Part shown: positions 61,728-64,000 of the stretch, one piece after another
How the letters are laid out: each line of letters starts with the position of its first letter
Position numbering within the stretch: the first letter of the stretch is position 1
NCBI GenBank assembly: GCA_950097015.1
Contig: CATNEN010000034.1
Span: 7,316,001-7,380,000 of the forward strand
Length of the DNA: 64,000 nucleotides
From: Macrostomum hystrix
Taxonomy: Eukaryota > Animalia > Platyhelminthes
Reading direction: 5' to 3'
The notes under the pieces: model-generated
What the model saw: only the letters and a program-made list of their open reading frames with translations
The model's database searches: none
Told to the model about the DNA's origin: nothing
Program-made: the position numbers and the translations under genes

Positions 61728-62435
61728 AAATACTAGCTGGAATACTTGGAAAGTACTAGCTGGAATACTTGGAAAATACTAGCTGGAAGACTGGATAAAT
61801 ACTAACTGAGAGACTGGGGAAATACTAGCTGAGAAACTGGGGAAATACTAGCTGAGAGACTGGGGAAATACTAGCTGAGAGACTGGGGAAATACTAGCTG
61901 GAAGACTGGGGAAATACTAACTGAGAGACTGGGGAAATACTAGCTGAGAGACTGGGGAAATACTAACTGAGAGACTGGGGAAATACTAGCTGAGAAACTG
62001 GGGAAATACTAGCTGAGAGACTGGGGAAATACTAGCTGAGAGACTGGGGAAATACTAGCTGGAAGACTGGGGAAATACTAACTGAGAGACTGGGGAAATA
62101 CTAACTGAGAGACTGGGGAAATACTAACTGAGAGACTGGGGAAATACTAGCTGGAAGACTGGGGAAATACTAGCTGAGAAACTGGGGAAATACTAGCTGA
62201 GAGACTGGGGAAATACTAGCTGAGAGACTGGGGAAATACTAGCTGGAAGACTGGGGAAATACTAACTGAGAGACTGGGGAAATACTAGCTGAGAGACTGG
62301 GGAAATACTAGCTGGAAGACTGGGGAAATACTGCCTGGAAGACTGGGGAAATACTAGCTGGAAGACTGGGGAAATACTAGCTGAGAGACTGGGGAAATAC
62401 TAGCTGGAAGACTGGGGAAATACTAGCTGGAAGAC
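61728..62435. repeat. 23-bp minisatellite (AATACTAGCTGAGAGACTGGGGA)
   Basis: Read directly. Confidence 0.95.
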
Positions 62436-62677
62436 TTTGGAAATAAGCTACTAAAATCTGTTCGGATCTTTGACAAAAGTTTCGGGAAGAAAGAAACAAA
62501 TCTATCAACTTAAATGAAAGATAAATTGCCTACTTTCTATACCGGGCAACTTTTTGAAAATAAACAAATTCAAAACTTGATAATTCGAACAAAAAAGGTT
62601 GCAGTAGGACAGGAAAACGGCTTATGTATTTAGTGGTGAATATTTACAAGAGAGAAAAAAGACACAGTTTAGGAAAT

Positions 62678-63109
62678 TTAAGCCGATGGGGCTTTTTTAA
62701 CAACAGTCTGAGATTGCTGCTGCTGTTGCTGCTGCTGTTGCTGCAGCATTGGTTGAAAGTTCGGCGACGGAAACAGCGCCGACCATTCTTTGAGCAGAGC
62801 GTCAACTCGCTGTCGCTGATACAAGCTGCTTTCCTTCTTGATGCCAGACCCAGCTTTGCCAACGGAAGCTGCCGTACCGGAAGCGACAGCTGGCGCAGCT
62901 GAGGAAGATGCGGCATCGTTAGACTGACTGCCGGGAGTAGCCCAGCTGTAGCCGTCATCCGGATGATGCCTAACAATAGCATTCAGAGAGTTGAACGCGC
63001 TCTGCAGATGATAAGTCGATGTTAAAAGGCGGGAATTGAATAGCGAGCCTAGATCCGGGGCAGCGTGGACCACACCGTTGATGATGTAGTACAGGGATAG
63101 CGGAGTCAC
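62678..63109 (-). CDS. MED6: Mediator subunit MED6, terminal coding exon (upstream exons not identified in the window)
   Basis: VTPLSLYYIINGVVHAAPDLGSLFNSRLL...QSAF...HPDDGYSW...SSLYQRQRVDALL matches MED6. Acceptor CCCCGCAG precedes 63109. Confidence 0.92.
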   Translation of the reverse strand: MTPLSLYYIINGVVHAAPDLGSLFNSRLLTSTYHLQSAFNSLNAIVRHHPDDGYSWATPGSQSNDAASSSAAPAVASGTAASVGKAGSGIKKESSLYQRQRVDALLKEWSALFPSPNFQPMLQQQQQQQQQQSQTVVKKAPSA

Positions 63110-63166
63110 CTGCGGGGAAATGTGGGAACGAGTGAGTATAGTGTGAGAGAATAGTATGAGACTTAG

Positions 63167-63712
63167 TTACAGTAAAGTATGAGGCTTAAGTATAATATAG
63201 TATGAGCATTGAGTATAGTATGAAACTTGAGTATAGTATGAGACTTGAGTATAGTATGAGACTTGAGTATAGTATGAGACTTGAGTATAGTATGATACTT
63301 GAGTATAGTATGAGACTTGAGTATAGTATGAGACTTGAGGATAGTATGAGACTTGAGTATAGTATGAGACTTGAGGATAGTATGATACTTGAGTATAGTA
63401 TGAGACTTGAGGATAGTATGAGACTTGAGGATAGTATGAGACTTGAGGATAGTATGAGACTTGAGTATAGTATGAGACTTGAGTATAGTATGAGACTTGA
63501 GGATAGTATGAGACTTGAGTATAGTATGAGACTTGAGTATAGTATGAGACTTGAGGATAGTATGAGCATTGAGTATAGTATGAGACTTGAGGATAGTATG
63601 AGACTTGAGGATAGTATGAGACTTGAGTATAGTATGAGACTTGAGTATAGTATGAAACTTGAGTATAGTATGAGCATTGAGTATAGTATGAGCATTGAGT
63701 ATAGTATGAGAC
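63167..63712. repeat. 18-bp minisatellite (GAGTATAGTATGAGACTT) in a MED6 intron
   Basis: Read directly. Confidence 0.95.
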
Positions 63713-63804
63713 TAGCAAGTTTTGCCCCCCTTCGGGGAGCAGAAATACTTTTAATTCGTCTAGTATATACTTTTTAGCAGCTGAATTTACAGCTTTTTAA
63801 AGCT

Positions 63805-64000
63805 ACAATGAACCCCCAGTTGACAATGATCCCCCCGTTGATGATGATCTCCCAGTTAATGATGATCCCCCAGTTGACAATGATCCCCCAGTTGACAATG
63901 ATCCCCCAGTTGACAATGAACCCCCAGTTGACAATGATCCCCCAGTTGACAATGATCCCACAGTTGACAATGATCCCTAAGTTGACAATGATTCCACAGT
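63805..64000. repeat. 18-bp minisatellite (ATGATCCCCCAGTTGACA), runs off the window
   Basis: Read directly. Confidence 0.9.

Noticed and set aside
63167-63777. Tyr/Ser-rich ORFs
   Set aside because: 18-bp minisatellite in a MED6 intron.

Overview
Eukaryotic (metazoan) genomic DNA: GC-rich spliced exons with poly-Ala/Gln tracts, separated by AT-rich introns and intergenic DNA full of 15-33 bp minisatellites. This style suggests a flatworm such as Macrostomum (inference). Host genes reconstructed exon by exon: 3' part of RasGRF (+), ZC3H10 (+), PTEN (+), tRNA-Ser(GCT) (+), Nup54 (-), a 649-aa protein with a C-terminal Rieske domain (-), and the last exon of MED6 (-). Mobile DNA: an intact APE-RT-RNase H non-LTR retrotransposon (LOA/R1-like) inserted in phase in a 16-bp minisatellite, with a second near-identical copy of its putative 5' region at the same monomer position; three copies of a tRNA-derived SINE whose 3' end resembles that LINE's 3' end; a Crypton-like tyrosine recombinase flanked by two directly oriented homologous hairpins; and a Harbinger derivative inserted into the last 3 bp of a hAT MITE. 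No CRISPR arrays or prokaryotic systems.
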